From: an uncultured Alphaproteobacteria bacterium
GTDB lineage: Bacteria > Pseudomonadota > Alphaproteobacteria > Rickettsiales > CAIJLX01
Assembly: GCA_903821695.1 (NCBI GenBank)
Contig: CAIJLX010000053.1
Location: 13,826 to 77,825 of the forward strand
DNA: 64,000 nt
Reading direction: 5' to 3'
Below are positions 53,320-62,797 of the stretch, piece after piece. Numbering within the stretch: the first letter of the stretch is position 1; the number at the start of each line of letters is the position of its first letter. Made by a program: the position numbers and the translations under genes. A model generated the notes under the pieces. That model was given only the letters and a program-made list of their open reading frames with translations, was not told the origin of the DNA and ran no database searches.

Positions 53320-53357
53320 ACCGCGCATGGAACTTCTTCATGCGCGGTATTTTTTTG
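53320..53357 (+). terminator. Rho-independent terminator
   Basis: 10-bp stem ACCGCGCATG/CATGCGCGGT followed by ATTTTTTTG. Confidence 0.85.
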
Positions 53358-53382
53358 TCCGCAATTATGTTAGACAACGGCC

Positions 53383-54057
53383 ATGCGTATATTGATCATC
53401 GAAGACGATAAAAGCCACGCCGATTATATTCTAAACGGCCTTAAAGAAGCCGGCCATAACCCAGACCTTGCCGCCAATGGCGTCGATGGTTTGCATCTGG
53501 CGACGGAAGAAAAATACGACGTGATAGTCGCTGATCGCATGCTGCCAAAACTCGATGGCCTAGCGATTGTGCAAGCATTACGCACCAGCGGGAACAAAAC
53601 ACCTGTATTAATATTAAGCAGCCTTTCAAAAGTGGAAGAGCGAATCAAAGGTTTAAAATCAGGTGCCGATGATTATCTTACAAAACCTTTTTCTTTCGCC
53701 GAATTATTAGCGCGGATTGAGGCGCTCGTACGTCGCAATTTAGTAGAGGCGGAACAGACCGTTTTGCAAATCGGCGATCTCGAAATTAATCTGATCACGC
53801 GTGAGGCCGTGCGTGGTGGAAAGAAAATCATTCTGCAAAATCGTGAGTTCCGTTTGTTGGAATTTTTAATGCGTCGCCCTGGCCAGGTGGTTACACGCAC
53901 CATGTTGCTAGAGGGTGTCTGGGATTTCCATTTTAACCCGGCAACCAATTTGATTGACGCACAGATGAGCAAATTGCGCCAGAAAGTTGACAAAGGTTTT
54001 AAGCAGCCGCTTATCCACACCATTCGCGGCGCAGGGTATAAAGTTGCTGTGGAATAA
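53383..54057 (+). CDS. OmpR/PhoB-family response regulator
   Basis: MRILIIEDD, receiver Asp in VIVADRMLPKLDG, TKPFSFAELLARI, and winged-helix IHTIRGAGYKV. Confidence 0.9.
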   Translation: MRILIIEDDKSHADYILNGLKEAGHNPDLAANGVDGLHLATEEKYDVIVADRMLPKLDGLAIVQALRTSGNKTPVLILSSLSKVEERIKGLKSGADDYLTKPFSFAELLARIEALVRRNLVEAEQTVLQIGDLEINLITREAVRGGKKIILQNREFRLLEFLMRRPGQVVTRTMLLEGVWDFHFNPATNLIDAQMSKLRQKVDKGFKQPLIHTIRGAGYKVAVE

Positions 54058-55417
54058 GAATATTTTTCGCTCGTTTTCGCTGCGCGCTGGTTTGATTATT
54101 TTCCTCGCCTTCTGCGGCGTATTGCTCAGCTTGCGCATGGTGATTTATTATCAAGCACTGCGCACCGTGGAAGAAGATGTCAAAAACATCGTGCTTGCTC
54201 ACTCAGTGGGAATCCAAGAAAGTTTAGAGAAGCACGACATCGAATATATGAAAGTATATATCGAAGAAATCTTGAAAGATATTCACGACCCGCATTTGGT
54301 AATCGCACTGCACGACAAACGGCTAGTTACCGGAAACATTGCCACTTGGCCCTACAAGAAAATCACGCCGAAGGGTTGGGTTGAAATTACATTGCCACCT
54401 AGCAAATTTCGCACTAAGCCGATGTTGATTCTTGCCAATATCACACGACACCGCGATGGAAAAATTTTGCTCGTCGGTTATGATTTATATCGTCTGCAGT
54501 TGTTTAAAGACACACTCGGCATCACGCTGGTTGAAAACGTTGCAATCTCTTTTGGAATCGCATTCTTTGTATCGCTACTACTGATTTATCTGTTGAACCG
54601 TCACATGCGGAACCTAAACCAAACCTGCGAGCGCATCATGCAAGGGGAGCTCACTCACCGCGTGAAGCTCTCCGGCGCGGATGATGAGTTTGAGTATCTC
54701 GCCCGCAACATTAATGCGATGCTTGATCGAAACGGCATGCTACTGCAGCTTGTACAAGATTCTACCAATGCACTTGCTCATGACATGCGTACACCTTTGA
54801 GCCGCTTGCGCATCAAATTGCAACAAGCGTTAGAGCAACCTGCCCTATCTGAACCTGTGCAACAAAATCTCTACGAGGCGGTGGAGCACACCGACGGACT
54901 GGTCACTATGTTCGATAATATTTTGCAAATTGCCAAAGCCGAAAGTCGCACGGACACCCAACAATTCAAAAATTTCGATATTGGTTTATTATTGCATGAT
55001 ATAGGCGATTTTTATGCGACCTTCATTGAAGATAAAAAACAGACATTGGAGCTTCATATCCCCGAAACTCCGGTCATCTTCTGCGGCGACCAGCAGCTCC
55101 TCGCTCAAGCGATCAGCAATCTGCTCGATAACGCTGTGAAATATACACCACGCAAAGGCACCATCGCCATAGCCCTCACCGCCGATGCCGATTTCATCAC
55201 CTGCACCATTACCGATAACGGCCCAGGCATCCCAGAACTCTTCTGGGAAAAAGTAAAAGAGCGCTTCTTCCGCTTAGACCAAAGCCGCCATGAAGCCGGC
55301 ACTGTTCTTGGCATGAGTTTGGCCGATGCCGTTGCCAAACTGCACAACGGCCAGTTGAACTTAGAAGATAATAACCCGGGGTTACGCATCTCGCTAATTC
55401 TTCCTTCGCACCCTTAA
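54044..55417 (+). CDS. Sensor histidine kinase (2 TM, HAMP, HisKA, HATPase_c)
   Basis: H-box LAHDMRTPLSRL, N-box LLDNAVKYTP, DNGPGIP. The G2 box is degenerate (GTVLGMSLA rather than GxGLG). The start is uncertain: TTG 54044 overlaps the RR stop, and the ORF-track ATG at 53987 lies inside the RR gene. Confidence 0.85.
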   Translation: MLWNKNIFRSFSLRAGLIIFLAFCGVLLSLRMVIYYQALRTVEEDVKNIVLAHSVGIQESLEKHDIEYMKVYIEEILKDIHDPHLVIALHDKRLVTGNIATWPYKKITPKGWVEITLPPSKFRTKPMLILANITRHRDGKILLVGYDLYRLQLFKDTLGITLVENVAISFGIAFFVSLLLIYLLNRHMRNLNQTCERIMQGELTHRVKLSGADDEFEYLARNINAMLDRNGMLLQLVQDSTNALAHDMRTPLSRLRIKLQQALEQPALSEPVQQNLYEAVEHTDGLVTMFDNILQIAKAESRTDTQQFKNFDIGLLLHDIGDFYATFIEDKKQTLELHIPETPVIFCGDQQLLAQAISNLLDNAVKYTPRKGTIAIALTADADFITCTITDNGPGIPELFWEKVKERFFRLDQSRHEAGTVLGMSLADAVAKLHNGQLNLEDNNPGLRISLILPSHP

Positions 55418-55502
55418 TCGCTCGGAAAAAATTGCCGTTAAGGGTAATTTCTTAACCCATCCATTCGTCATAAACCTTTATAATCTGTGGTGTTCAGAAG
55501 GT

Positions 55503-55519
55503 TGGCACGATGTTTGCAT
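55503..55519 (+). promoter_or_regulatory. Sigma-54 (-24/-12) promoter upstream of flgF
   Basis: TGGCAC-gatgt-TTGCA matches TGGCAC-N5-TTGCW exactly. It sits 12 nt upstream of the flgF ATG region. Confidence 0.75.
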
Positions 55520-55529
55520 TATTGCTGGT

Positions 55530-56264
55530 ATGAACAACGCTATTTATGTCGCACTGTCGCAGCAGACCAACCTCTTCCGCAACATGGATGTGGTCGCCAA
55601 CAACGTCGCCAACGTCAGTACGCCCGGCTTTAAAGGCGAGACGATGGTGTTCGAAAAATTCTTGTTCAACGATAAAGATAATTTCTCACGCAAAGTCGCC
55701 TTCTCACAAGACATCGCGACATTCAGCGATTTTAAAGATGGCGCAGCATCACCAACCGGGCGCGATTTGGATTTGGCACTCGAAGGCTCCGGATTTTTCA
55801 AAGTGCAGACGCCGCAGGGTGTGCGTTATACACGCCGTGGCAGCTTCCATATCGATACGAACAATCAAATTGTAACCGCCGAGGGCTTCCCACTTTTGAA
55901 CGCTGGCAATAAGCCTATTGAAATCCTCAACCGCGATGAGCGCCTGACTATTTCAAGCGACGGCACTATCCGCGGTGGCGATGATGGCCAGATTCGCGGT
56001 GAAGTTGGCATTGCCGCATTTGAAAATTCACAAAAGTTAATTCATACCGATAACGGGCTTTATAGCTCTGATTTGCCGCCGCTGCGCACGAAAGCACCGG
56101 CAAAGGTTTTACAAGGAGCGCTGGAGCAATCCAACGTGAACTCCGTTACCGAATTGACCAATTTGATCAACATTAACCGCAGCGTGGGAAGTGTCAGCGG
56201 CCTTATGGCCGATATGCACGACATGATGCGTAAAGCCATTACCTCTTACACCCGTAGTGTATAA
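55530..56264 (+). CDS. flgF: Flagellar basal-body rod protein FlgF
   Basis: MNNAIYVALSQQ...VANNVANVSTPGFK at the N-terminus and GALEQSNVN...EL..LI at the C-terminus. 244 aa, located upstream of flgG. Confidence 0.85.
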   Translation: MNNAIYVALSQQTNLFRNMDVVANNVANVSTPGFKGETMVFEKFLFNDKDNFSRKVAFSQDIATFSDFKDGAASPTGRDLDLALEGSGFFKVQTPQGVRYTRRGSFHIDTNNQIVTAEGFPLLNAGNKPIEILNRDERLTISSDGTIRGGDDGQIRGEVGIAAFENSQKLIHTDNGLYSSDLPPLRTKAPAKVLQGALEQSNVNSVTELTNLININRSVGSVSGLMADMHDMMRKAITSYTRSV

Positions 56265-56286
56265 AGAATTATAAGGAGAAGTACCC

Positions 56287-57075
56287 ATGCGCTCACTCAG
56301 TATCGCCGCCACCGGAATGTTAGCACAGCAGTTGAATGTCGATGTTATCTCGAACAACATCGCCAACTTAAGCACCACTGGTTTCAAACGCCAACGCGCT
56401 GAGTTCCAAGATTTGATTTATCAAAACATACAACGTAGCGGCACCACTTCTTCCGATAATGGTAACATCGTGCCAACCGGAATCCAGATTGGTACCGGCG
56501 TCAAACCAGGCGCGATTTACCGCATTCACCAACAAGGCAACGTCGTGCAAACCGGCAATGAACTTGATCTTGCCATTCAGGGCAAAGGCTATTTCCAAGT
56601 TCAGCTTCCAAGCGGCGATCCGGCATATATGCGTGCGGGCGCATTGCAGATTAATAACCAAGGACAAGTAGTCACAGCACAAGGCTACATCATTTCGCCG
56701 AACATCACGATTCCAAGCGATGCGGTTTCCGTTTCGGTGAACCAAAACGGCGAAGTGCGCGTGAAGTTTAGCAATCAATCCGCCGAGCAGTTGGTGGGGC
56801 AATTCGATCTCGTGAATTTCCAGAACGAAGCAGGTTTGCAAGCATTGGGTGATAACCTCTATCAAGAAACGGATGCTTCTGGTTCACCGCTAACTTCAAC
56901 CGCTGGTCAACCTGGTTATGGCACCGTTTTGCAAGGTTATCTCGAGACATCGAACGTAGATGTAGTGACAGAATTAACGACATTGATTACAGCGCAGCGT
57001 TCATATGAAATGAATTCCAAGATCATTAGTACTTCCGATGAAATGCTTAGAACGGTGTCACAACTCAGTGCGTAA
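56287..57075 (+). CDS. flgG: Flagellar basal-body distal rod protein FlgG
   Basis: MRSLSIAATGMLAQQLNVDVISNNIANLSTTGFKRQRAEFQDL ... GYLETSNVDVVTELTTLITAQRSYEMNSK. Confidence 0.93.
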   Translation: MRSLSIAATGMLAQQLNVDVISNNIANLSTTGFKRQRAEFQDLIYQNIQRSGTTSSDNGNIVPTGIQIGTGVKPGAIYRIHQQGNVVQTGNELDLAIQGKGYFQVQLPSGDPAYMRAGALQINNQGQVVTAQGYIISPNITIPSDAVSVSVNQNGEVRVKFSNQSAEQLVGQFDLVNFQNEAGLQALGDNLYQETDASGSPLTSTAGQPGYGTVLQGYLETSNVDVVTELTTLITAQRSYEMNSKIISTSDEMLRTVSQLSA

Positions 57076-58048
57076 TTTATTTTTCATCGCGGTTCTTTTC
57101 CTCGCCGGCATCGCGCAAGCGGCAGAAATTATATTGCCGCCAGCATTGCCGGGTGAAGAGGGTGCGGAGCCAGCATTAGTCAATCACCCAAGCGAAGATA
57201 TTTTCGAAGGAACGGTATTGCCAAATCCGATTCCAATTGCCTCCGCAGAGCAACCAGCAGTATTTGATTTTCCTGAGATCAAAGAAAAAGTTGCGGCAAC
57301 CGAGCCTACTTTTATTCGCCCAAGCAAAAGCAGCTATTCGCCACTTGTTGCCCCCGCCACGAAAAGTAATGAATATCAGGCAGAGAACAAAGCCGAGGCA
57401 GAATGGCTGGAAGCAATTCGCCGTTCGCTGATTGCTAAAAAAGCTGGTGAGAAAATTGTGTTGGATGGCATTCGTTATGGTCACCGCGTACAAGAAGCTA
57501 AAATGGCACAGGCTGGTAACTGGCAGGTACAGGATGTAATGTTTGAAGAACGTGGCGGCCATTTCAGTGGGAAATTAGTGGCTATCGGTCAGGATGTTAT
57601 TCCTTTTAACGGACGCTATAGCGCGATGCAGTTTGTACCGGTGTTGAAGAATCGTTTGGCACGCGGTGCGATTATTCGTGAGGATGACATTGCGATGCAG
57701 CCGATTCTTTTAACACGCATTCGTTCTGGTATCACGATTACTGATCCGCAAGCGCTTGTGGGTAAAACATTAAAGCGTGTAATTGCGCTCGGCATGCCGC
57801 TACATCCTTTTGACCTTGCATTACAAACCATCATCACGCCTAATAGCGAAGTGGAAATGTCTTATTCAGGCAATGGTATTAATGTAAGCGATCGCGGTAT
57901 TGCGCTGGAAAAAGGTGCATTGGGCGAAATTATTCGCATTAAAAACAGCAAGAGTGGCACCATTGTGCGTGCACGCGTCGAAGGCCCGAACACTGTTACC
58001 GTCAGTTATTTAACAACACCGAAGGGTGAGCATTATGCGGCGAACTAA
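57038..58048 (+). CDS. flgA: Flagellar P-ring assembly chaperone FlgA
   Basis: Signal-like NLFFIAVLFLAGIAQA. C-terminal SAF/ChapFlgA-like GALGEIIRIKNSKSGTIVRARVEGPNTVTV. It sits between flgG and flgH. The start may be GTG 57068. Confidence 0.75.
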   Translation: MKCLERCHNSVRNLFFIAVLFLAGIAQAAEIILPPALPGEEGAEPALVNHPSEDIFEGTVLPNPIPIASAEQPAVFDFPEIKEKVAATEPTFIRPSKSSYSPLVAPATKSNEYQAENKAEAEWLEAIRRSLIAKKAGEKIVLDGIRYGHRVQEAKMAQAGNWQVQDVMFEERGGHFSGKLVAIGQDVIPFNGRYSAMQFVPVLKNRLARGAIIREDDIAMQPILLTRIRSGITITDPQALVGKTLKRVIALGMPLHPFDLALQTIITPNSEVEMSYSGNGINVSDRGIALEKGALGEIIRIKNSKSGTIVRARVEGPNTVTVSYLTTPKGEHYAAN

Positions 58049-58781
58049 TTTCCTTTTGCTTGCGCCATTATTACTCGCTGCTTGCACCGAGAGTCAGCTT
58101 GATCGCCTAGACCGGGTGGGCAAAGCGCCTGATATGAAACCGATTGTGAACCCAACCGAACGCACCAATTATCAGCCCGTTTCCTGGCCGCAAGCAAAAG
58201 CAGAAGATGGCGCTGGGAAGCCAATCAATTCCTTATGGCAACCTGGCTCGCGCACCTTCTTCCGCGATCACCGTGCACGCAATGTCGGTGATATTTTGCG
58301 CGTGAAAGTGAGCATTGCCGATAGCGCAAAATTAAATAACAGCACCAACGGCAGCCGCAGTGCGAATGAATCGCTTGCGACACCCGCACTGTTTGGTTTG
58401 GAAAAGAAAATGTATAATGTGTTGCCTGGCACGACGAACCCTGCCAGTGCACTCAGCATTGAGGGGACTTCGGCGAATACAGGCGCAGGCACCGTTTCCA
58501 GACAAGAAGCAGTGAGCACGGTGATGGCAGCAATGGTCACGCAAGTGCTGCCAAATAATAATCTCGTCATCGAAGGCCAGCAGCAAGTGCGGGTGAATAA
58601 TGAAAGCCGTATGTTGTTTGTTCAGGGCGTGATTCGTCCGGAAGATATTTCGTCGGATAATATCATCACTTCCGATCAAATCGCAGAAGCGCGCATTGCA
58701 TACGGTGGCGAAGGTTCGTTGAGCGATCTGCAACAGCCGCGCATCGGCAGCCAAGTGTTGGATATCTTAAGTCCGTTCTAA
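58026..58781 (+). CDS. flgH: Flagellar L-ring lipoprotein FlgH
   Basis: Lipobox [55 protein letters not shown]. Confidence 0.9.
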   Translation: MSIMRRTNFLLLAPLLLAACTESQLDRLDRVGKAPDMKPIVNPTERTNYQPVSWPQAKAEDGAGKPINSLWQPGSRTFFRDHRARNVGDILRVKVSIADSAKLNNSTNGSRSANESLATPALFGLEKKMYNVLPGTTNPASALSIEGTSANTGAGTVSRQEAVSTVMAAMVTQVLPNNNLVIEGQQQVRVNNESRMLFVQGVIRPEDISSDNIITSDQIAEARIAYGGEGSLSDLQQPRIGSQVLDILSPF

Positions 58782-60901
58782 CTCTCACGAATGTTGTGAA
58801 TAAATTTATCCACTTCTTTATTTAACACATCCGCCTGCCGCGCGAGCTCCGCACACTCCCCCAACATTTCGGAAGCAGAAGAACCACTTTCCTGTGCAGA
58901 ACGAGCGACGCCAGAAACACTTTCGGAAACGATGGAAGTATTCTTCGCTGCTTGTTGCACGCTGCGCGCAATTTCTTTGGTCGCTGCACCTTGCTCCTCA
59001 ACGGCAGCAGAAATGACGGTTGAAATTTCATTCATGTGATTGATGGTTTTGGCGATGGATTGAATGAACTCTACTGCTTGACCGGTTTCTTCCTGAATGG
59101 TACGGATCTGGGCGCCGATATCTTCTGTCGCTTTTGCGGTTTGGTTAGCGAGACTTTTTACTTCCGATGCAACCACCGCAAATCCTTTACCTGCATCACC
59201 CGCACGCGCCGCTTCAATCGTTGCGTTTAATGCGAGCAGATTAATTTGCTCGGCAATATCATTAATTAAATTCACCACATCACCAATACGCTGGGCACCA
59301 TCGGCTAATCCTTTGACAGTGGTGTTGGCAGTATCGGCTTGTTTGACTGCTTCTTGCGAAACTTCGGCTGAGCGTTGCACCTGACGGGTGATTTCTGAAA
59401 TAGATGCGGAAAGCTCGCTCGCTGCTGAGGCAACCGTGCTTACGTTTTGCGATGCTTCTGATGTAGCCTGGGCAAGACTTACTGTTCGATTATTCGTGCT
59501 TTCTGCACCATGACTTACATTCTTTGCGGTCGCTTCCATTTCGGTTGCGGCAGAAGAAACAATATCGACGATCTGTTTCACACTACCCTCAAACTGATCC
59601 GCCATTTGGTTCATCGCTTCTTTACGCTCTAAATTTCCGCGCACACGCGCTGCATCTTGCTCCATTTCCATTTGCTTCACTCGCAAAGCGTTTTGTTTAA
59701 ACACATCTGCCGCGCGCGCCATTTTACCGACTTCGTCACCACGCTCGGAATACGGAATCGCCACCGTAATTTTGCCCCCAGCCAATTGGTCCATGGCATC
59801 TTGTAATTTTGATAATGGATTGGTTACGCAGAATTTTATATAGAGCGAAACGATGACAATCAGCACCAACACGATCAGTAATTCACCGGCAGTTAGTATT
59901 GCATCTTTTGTTAGATCGTTGAGTGCCTCATCCTTGATTTCACTCTGAATCATTGCCCAGCGTATACCGAAAATATTGGCGGGCTGATAAGCATATAAAC
60001 GTGCAATTCCATTTTCATCGGTAAAGATGCCCCGGCCAGAATTTCCAGCTAATGCTAGACGCACTGGCTCAATGTCGAGTTTACGTTTTAGAATACCACT
60101 CGTTGTATTTTTCTCGCGCGCGATGCGTGATTCGCTACGAGTTAATAGATCGGTTCCCACCAACAATGCCTCACTGGTATTACGTCCATCATGCACATCC
60201 ATCACAGTGTTTAAGCGCGCGGTCGGAAATTGAAATGCGATAATACCTTTGAATACTCTCCCCTCATATACCGGTGCGCCAATGAAGGCGGTGGGTTCAT
60301 TATTGCTGAGTGGGTCTGGTGCGAAATCTGCGAAACGTGTAACACCTGGCTGCGGATTTTCCATGATGCTTCGGATTAATTTTCCGAATGCGCCTTCGTT
60401 GGTTTCAACGTTGGTTGCGAAGTCCGATTCTTTGAAATAGGTGTAAACAATGTTGCCTTCGAGATCGATTAGGAAATAGTCGGCATATTCTTTCTGCTGC
60501 ATGAAAGTGGCGATTGCAGGATGGTATAAAATATGGACGCGGTTATAGGCGTTATCGCCATCCGTTTCGGGGAGCTTATTTTTATAAGTATCTTGCAGCG
60601 TTTTTGCCTCTGACATTTGGGCAAACCCATCGCTGAAGGCTTTGAGTGCATCGATCGTTGCAGGTGATGCGGCAGCAGAGAGTAAATCTTCCTGAATAGA
60701 TCTGGTGTAGGATTCAGCAGCGAATTTGCGGCCTGTGAGGCTGGCGCTAAATTCATCGTAGTCTTCTTTGAGTAATCCCTCGCGAGCCAGATGGAGTTGA
60801 TAGAACCCAGAAGCGAGTATGCTTATAAGCAATACACCAATAAGTAGTTGAACTTTTGTCGAGATACTGATCCGCGAAAAAACTCCGCTGGTTTGAGACA
60901 T
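58778..60901 (-). CDS. Methyl-accepting chemotaxis protein with a periplasmic Cache-like sensor
   Basis: TM, ~300-aa sensor, TM, HAMP, then the highly conserved signalling hairpin [45 protein letters not shown]. The ATG at 60901 is preferred over the TTG at 60937. Confidence 0.9.
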   Translation of the reverse strand: MSQTSGVFSRISISTKVQLLIGVLLISILASGFYQLHLAREGLLKEDYDEFSASLTGRKFAAESYTRSIQEDLLSAAASPATIDALKAFSDGFAQMSEAKTLQDTYKNKLPETDGDNAYNRVHILYHPAIATFMQQKEYADYFLIDLEGNIVYTYFKESDFATNVETNEGAFGKLIRSIMENPQPGVTRFADFAPDPLSNNEPTAFIGAPVYEGRVFKGIIAFQFPTARLNTVMDVHDGRNTSEALLVGTDLLTRSESRIAREKNTTSGILKRKLDIEPVRLALAGNSGRGIFTDENGIARLYAYQPANIFGIRWAMIQSEIKDEALNDLTKDAILTAGELLIVLVLIVIVSLYIKFCVTNPLSKLQDAMDQLAGGKITVAIPYSERGDEVGKMARAADVFKQNALRVKQMEMEQDAARVRGNLERKEAMNQMADQFEGSVKQIVDIVSSAATEMEATAKNVSHGAESTNNRTVSLAQATSEASQNVSTVASAASELSASISEITRQVQRSAEVSQEAVKQADTANTTVKGLADGAQRIGDVVNLINDIAEQINLLALNATIEAARAGDAGKGFAVVASEVKSLANQTAKATEDIGAQIRTIQEETGQAVEFIQSIAKTINHMNEISTVISAAVEEQGAATKEIARSVQQAAKNTSIVSESVSGVARSAQESGSSASEMLGECAELARQADVLNKEVDKFIHNIRES

Positions 60902-60991
60902 GACACGCCTATTTTTAAGTATTTGAACGAGAAGCAAAAAATGCTAAAAATAATTTATTATATAAAACCGGTTATTTGGTGAGCAATATTT

Positions 60992-61288
60992 GTGGCAATA
61001 CGACCAACAAGCAAATCGATGGAAGAAGCGAAACAACGTTTACGGCAATCGCTCGAAACGCTGGAATCCGTTGCGCAGACTCAGTTTGCGGCGCTTGAGC
61101 GTAATGTGCTCGAGGCCAAGGCTGCGTCCATTATGTCCGAAAATGAGATGCAAGAATTGCGACAATCTTATGCGAGAGAGAAATCCGCCCGCGAGCATGC
61201 TGATGCATTATTGAACAGTATGAGCCCTCGGCTCGATAAAATGTCGGATGAGATTATCGCGATTTTGAATAATGCGGAGAAATCGTAA
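60992..61288 (+). CDS. Coiled-coil protein upstream of zapA (DUF4164/ZauP-like)
   Basis: Helical, heptad-like, Glu/Leu/Gln-rich 98-aa ORF abutting the zapA start. The position matches the alphaproteobacterial zauP-zapA arrangement. Confidence 0.5.
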   Translation: MAIRPTSKSMEEAKQRLRQSLETLESVAQTQFAALERNVLEAKAASIMSENEMQELRQSYAREKSAREHADALLNSMSPRLDKMSDEIIAILNNAEKS

Positions 61289-61600
61289 ATGCCCGTATTA
61301 AACCTCACCATTCAAAATAAAATTCACCAGCTCTCCTGTGAGGATGGGGATGAAGCCCGCATCCGGGCGCTCGCCGAACAGCTCAACACCAAACTGAATG
61401 AACTAGCCACCCACGCACCCGGCAGCAGCGATACGTTATTGATGATTATGTTATTGTTAATGCTGCAAGATGAGGCGAATGAGGCCGGTGCCAGCCCCGC
61501 CGGTCCCCTGCCCCGCGACCATGAAAAAACCATGATTAATGCGCTCGATACGGTCTCCAGCTATCTCGAAAACCTTGCAAAACAGCTGCAAAACCGCTAG
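61289..61600 (+). CDS. zapA: Cell division protein ZapA
   Basis: VLNLTIQNKIHQLSCEDGDEARIRALAEQLNTKLNEL...DTLLMIMLLLMLQDE is a typical ZapA N-domain plus helix. Confidence 0.8.
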   Translation: MPVLNLTIQNKIHQLSCEDGDEARIRALAEQLNTKLNELATHAPGSSDTLLMIMLLLMLQDEANEAGASPAGPLPRDHEKTMINALDTVSSYLENLAKQLQNR

Positions 61601-61607
61601 GCTATAC

Positions 61608-61775
61608 TTGGAATGGTGCTGTGCTTCTCGTGTGGCCATGAAATCCCTCGGACCGTATGATTACCTATCGGGAGCTGTCCCTAGTTCAGGCTTTGGCCTG
61701 AGCAACATGGCGCCCACCTACGTAAGTGGGTCTAGGTGATTCGAATGCCCACGGTTGATATGGTTCCATTCTACT
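61608..61775 (+). ncRNA. ssrS: Candidate 6S RNA
   Basis: Located directly after zapA, as in the known zapA-ssrS-ygfA arrangement. Closing stem GGAATGG (61610)/CCATTC (61766). Apical hairpin TCAGGC-tttg-GCCTGA sits exactly mid-way (61686-61701). A small 3'-side hairpin CCCAC-N8-GTGGG (61713-61730) fits a central-bubble layout. Confidence 0.55.
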
Positions 61776-61794
61776 TGTGGTGTTATAATCGAAC

Positions 61795-62736
61795 ATGTCT
61801 TTTTGCCCCCATTATTACCACAATCTGAAATCTGCTTTTAGCCGATGCGCTGAAGCGGCACATCAGGGTATTGAAGGCGTACTTGTATTCGAAGGCAGAG
61901 AGCCCGGTAAAACCGCCGGCATTACTATTTGTACGCATGGCGATGAACCAGTTGGTCTTTCGTTATTGTGTGAACAAAATGATTGGCTAAAACCAGATCG
62001 TGGAACAGTCTTTGTTGTATTAAACAATCTTGCTGCAACCACTCGTTTCTTTGAAGGCGATAAATCTACGCGCCATCTCGAACGCAATATGAACCGGCTG
62101 CCGGAAGATTTAAGCAGCTGCTCGGCGATCGAAACCATACGCGCAAAACAACTGGCTCCCATCTGGCAACAATTCACTGCTGGCGCGCTTGATATACATA
62201 GCACTTCAACCGATTGCCCAACCTTGCTGATAGCGCGCGAGAATAATCTCCAGCAATATTCTGCTCTGTATAATCACCTGCCGGTTGAAGCATTTCTCAG
62301 TGGTTTAATTGACAATTTTGAAGGCCAACCCGTTATTGATTTTTATCCCACCGACACCCCGAGAGCGATTCTCGAATGCGGACAGCATCATGATAAAAAT
62401 GGTGCGGCCTTTCTAAAGAATTGTATCCAGCAATGGCTATTTAACCTTGGCCTCAAAAACACTTCCCCCACCCTTATACAAAAACAAAAGCCAGCTCATT
62501 ACCATGTATTTCAAGCCGTGCGATTGCCCGATAATGATGAAAGCTTTTCCTATCTTTCACCAATTTTACCATTTCAGAAAATTAAAAAAGATGAGCCCGT
62601 TGCTAAAGGCAACCGCGGTACTATTATTGTTTCGCCTGCCGATGGTTACGCCATCATGGCACCAACCGCTGATAAACCTCTCTCTACAAAAGAGGAGTTC
62701 TTTTTCTTGGCGGAAAGGCGAGATGGAGGAGCTTAA
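61795..62736 (+). CDS. Succinylglutamate desuccinylase/aspartoacylase-family (M14-like) zinc hydrolase
   Basis: ITICTHGDEPVGLSLL (H..E Zn motif), ALDIHST, and the overall AstE_AspA length. Confidence 0.65.
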   Translation: MSFCPHYYHNLKSAFSRCAEAAHQGIEGVLVFEGREPGKTAGITICTHGDEPVGLSLLCEQNDWLKPDRGTVFVVLNNLAATTRFFEGDKSTRHLERNMNRLPEDLSSCSAIETIRAKQLAPIWQQFTAGALDIHSTSTDCPTLLIARENNLQQYSALYNHLPVEAFLSGLIDNFEGQPVIDFYPTDTPRAILECGQHHDKNGAAFLKNCIQQWLFNLGLKNTSPTLIQKQKPAHYHVFQAVRLPDNDESFSYLSPILPFQKIKKDEPVAKGNRGTIIVSPADGYAIMAPTADKPLSTKEEFFFLAERRDGGA

Positions 62737-62797
62737 GCGAACGACTAGCGACCGACCGGAAGCGCAGCCACTAGCGGCGCTTGAGCGACACTAAAAA

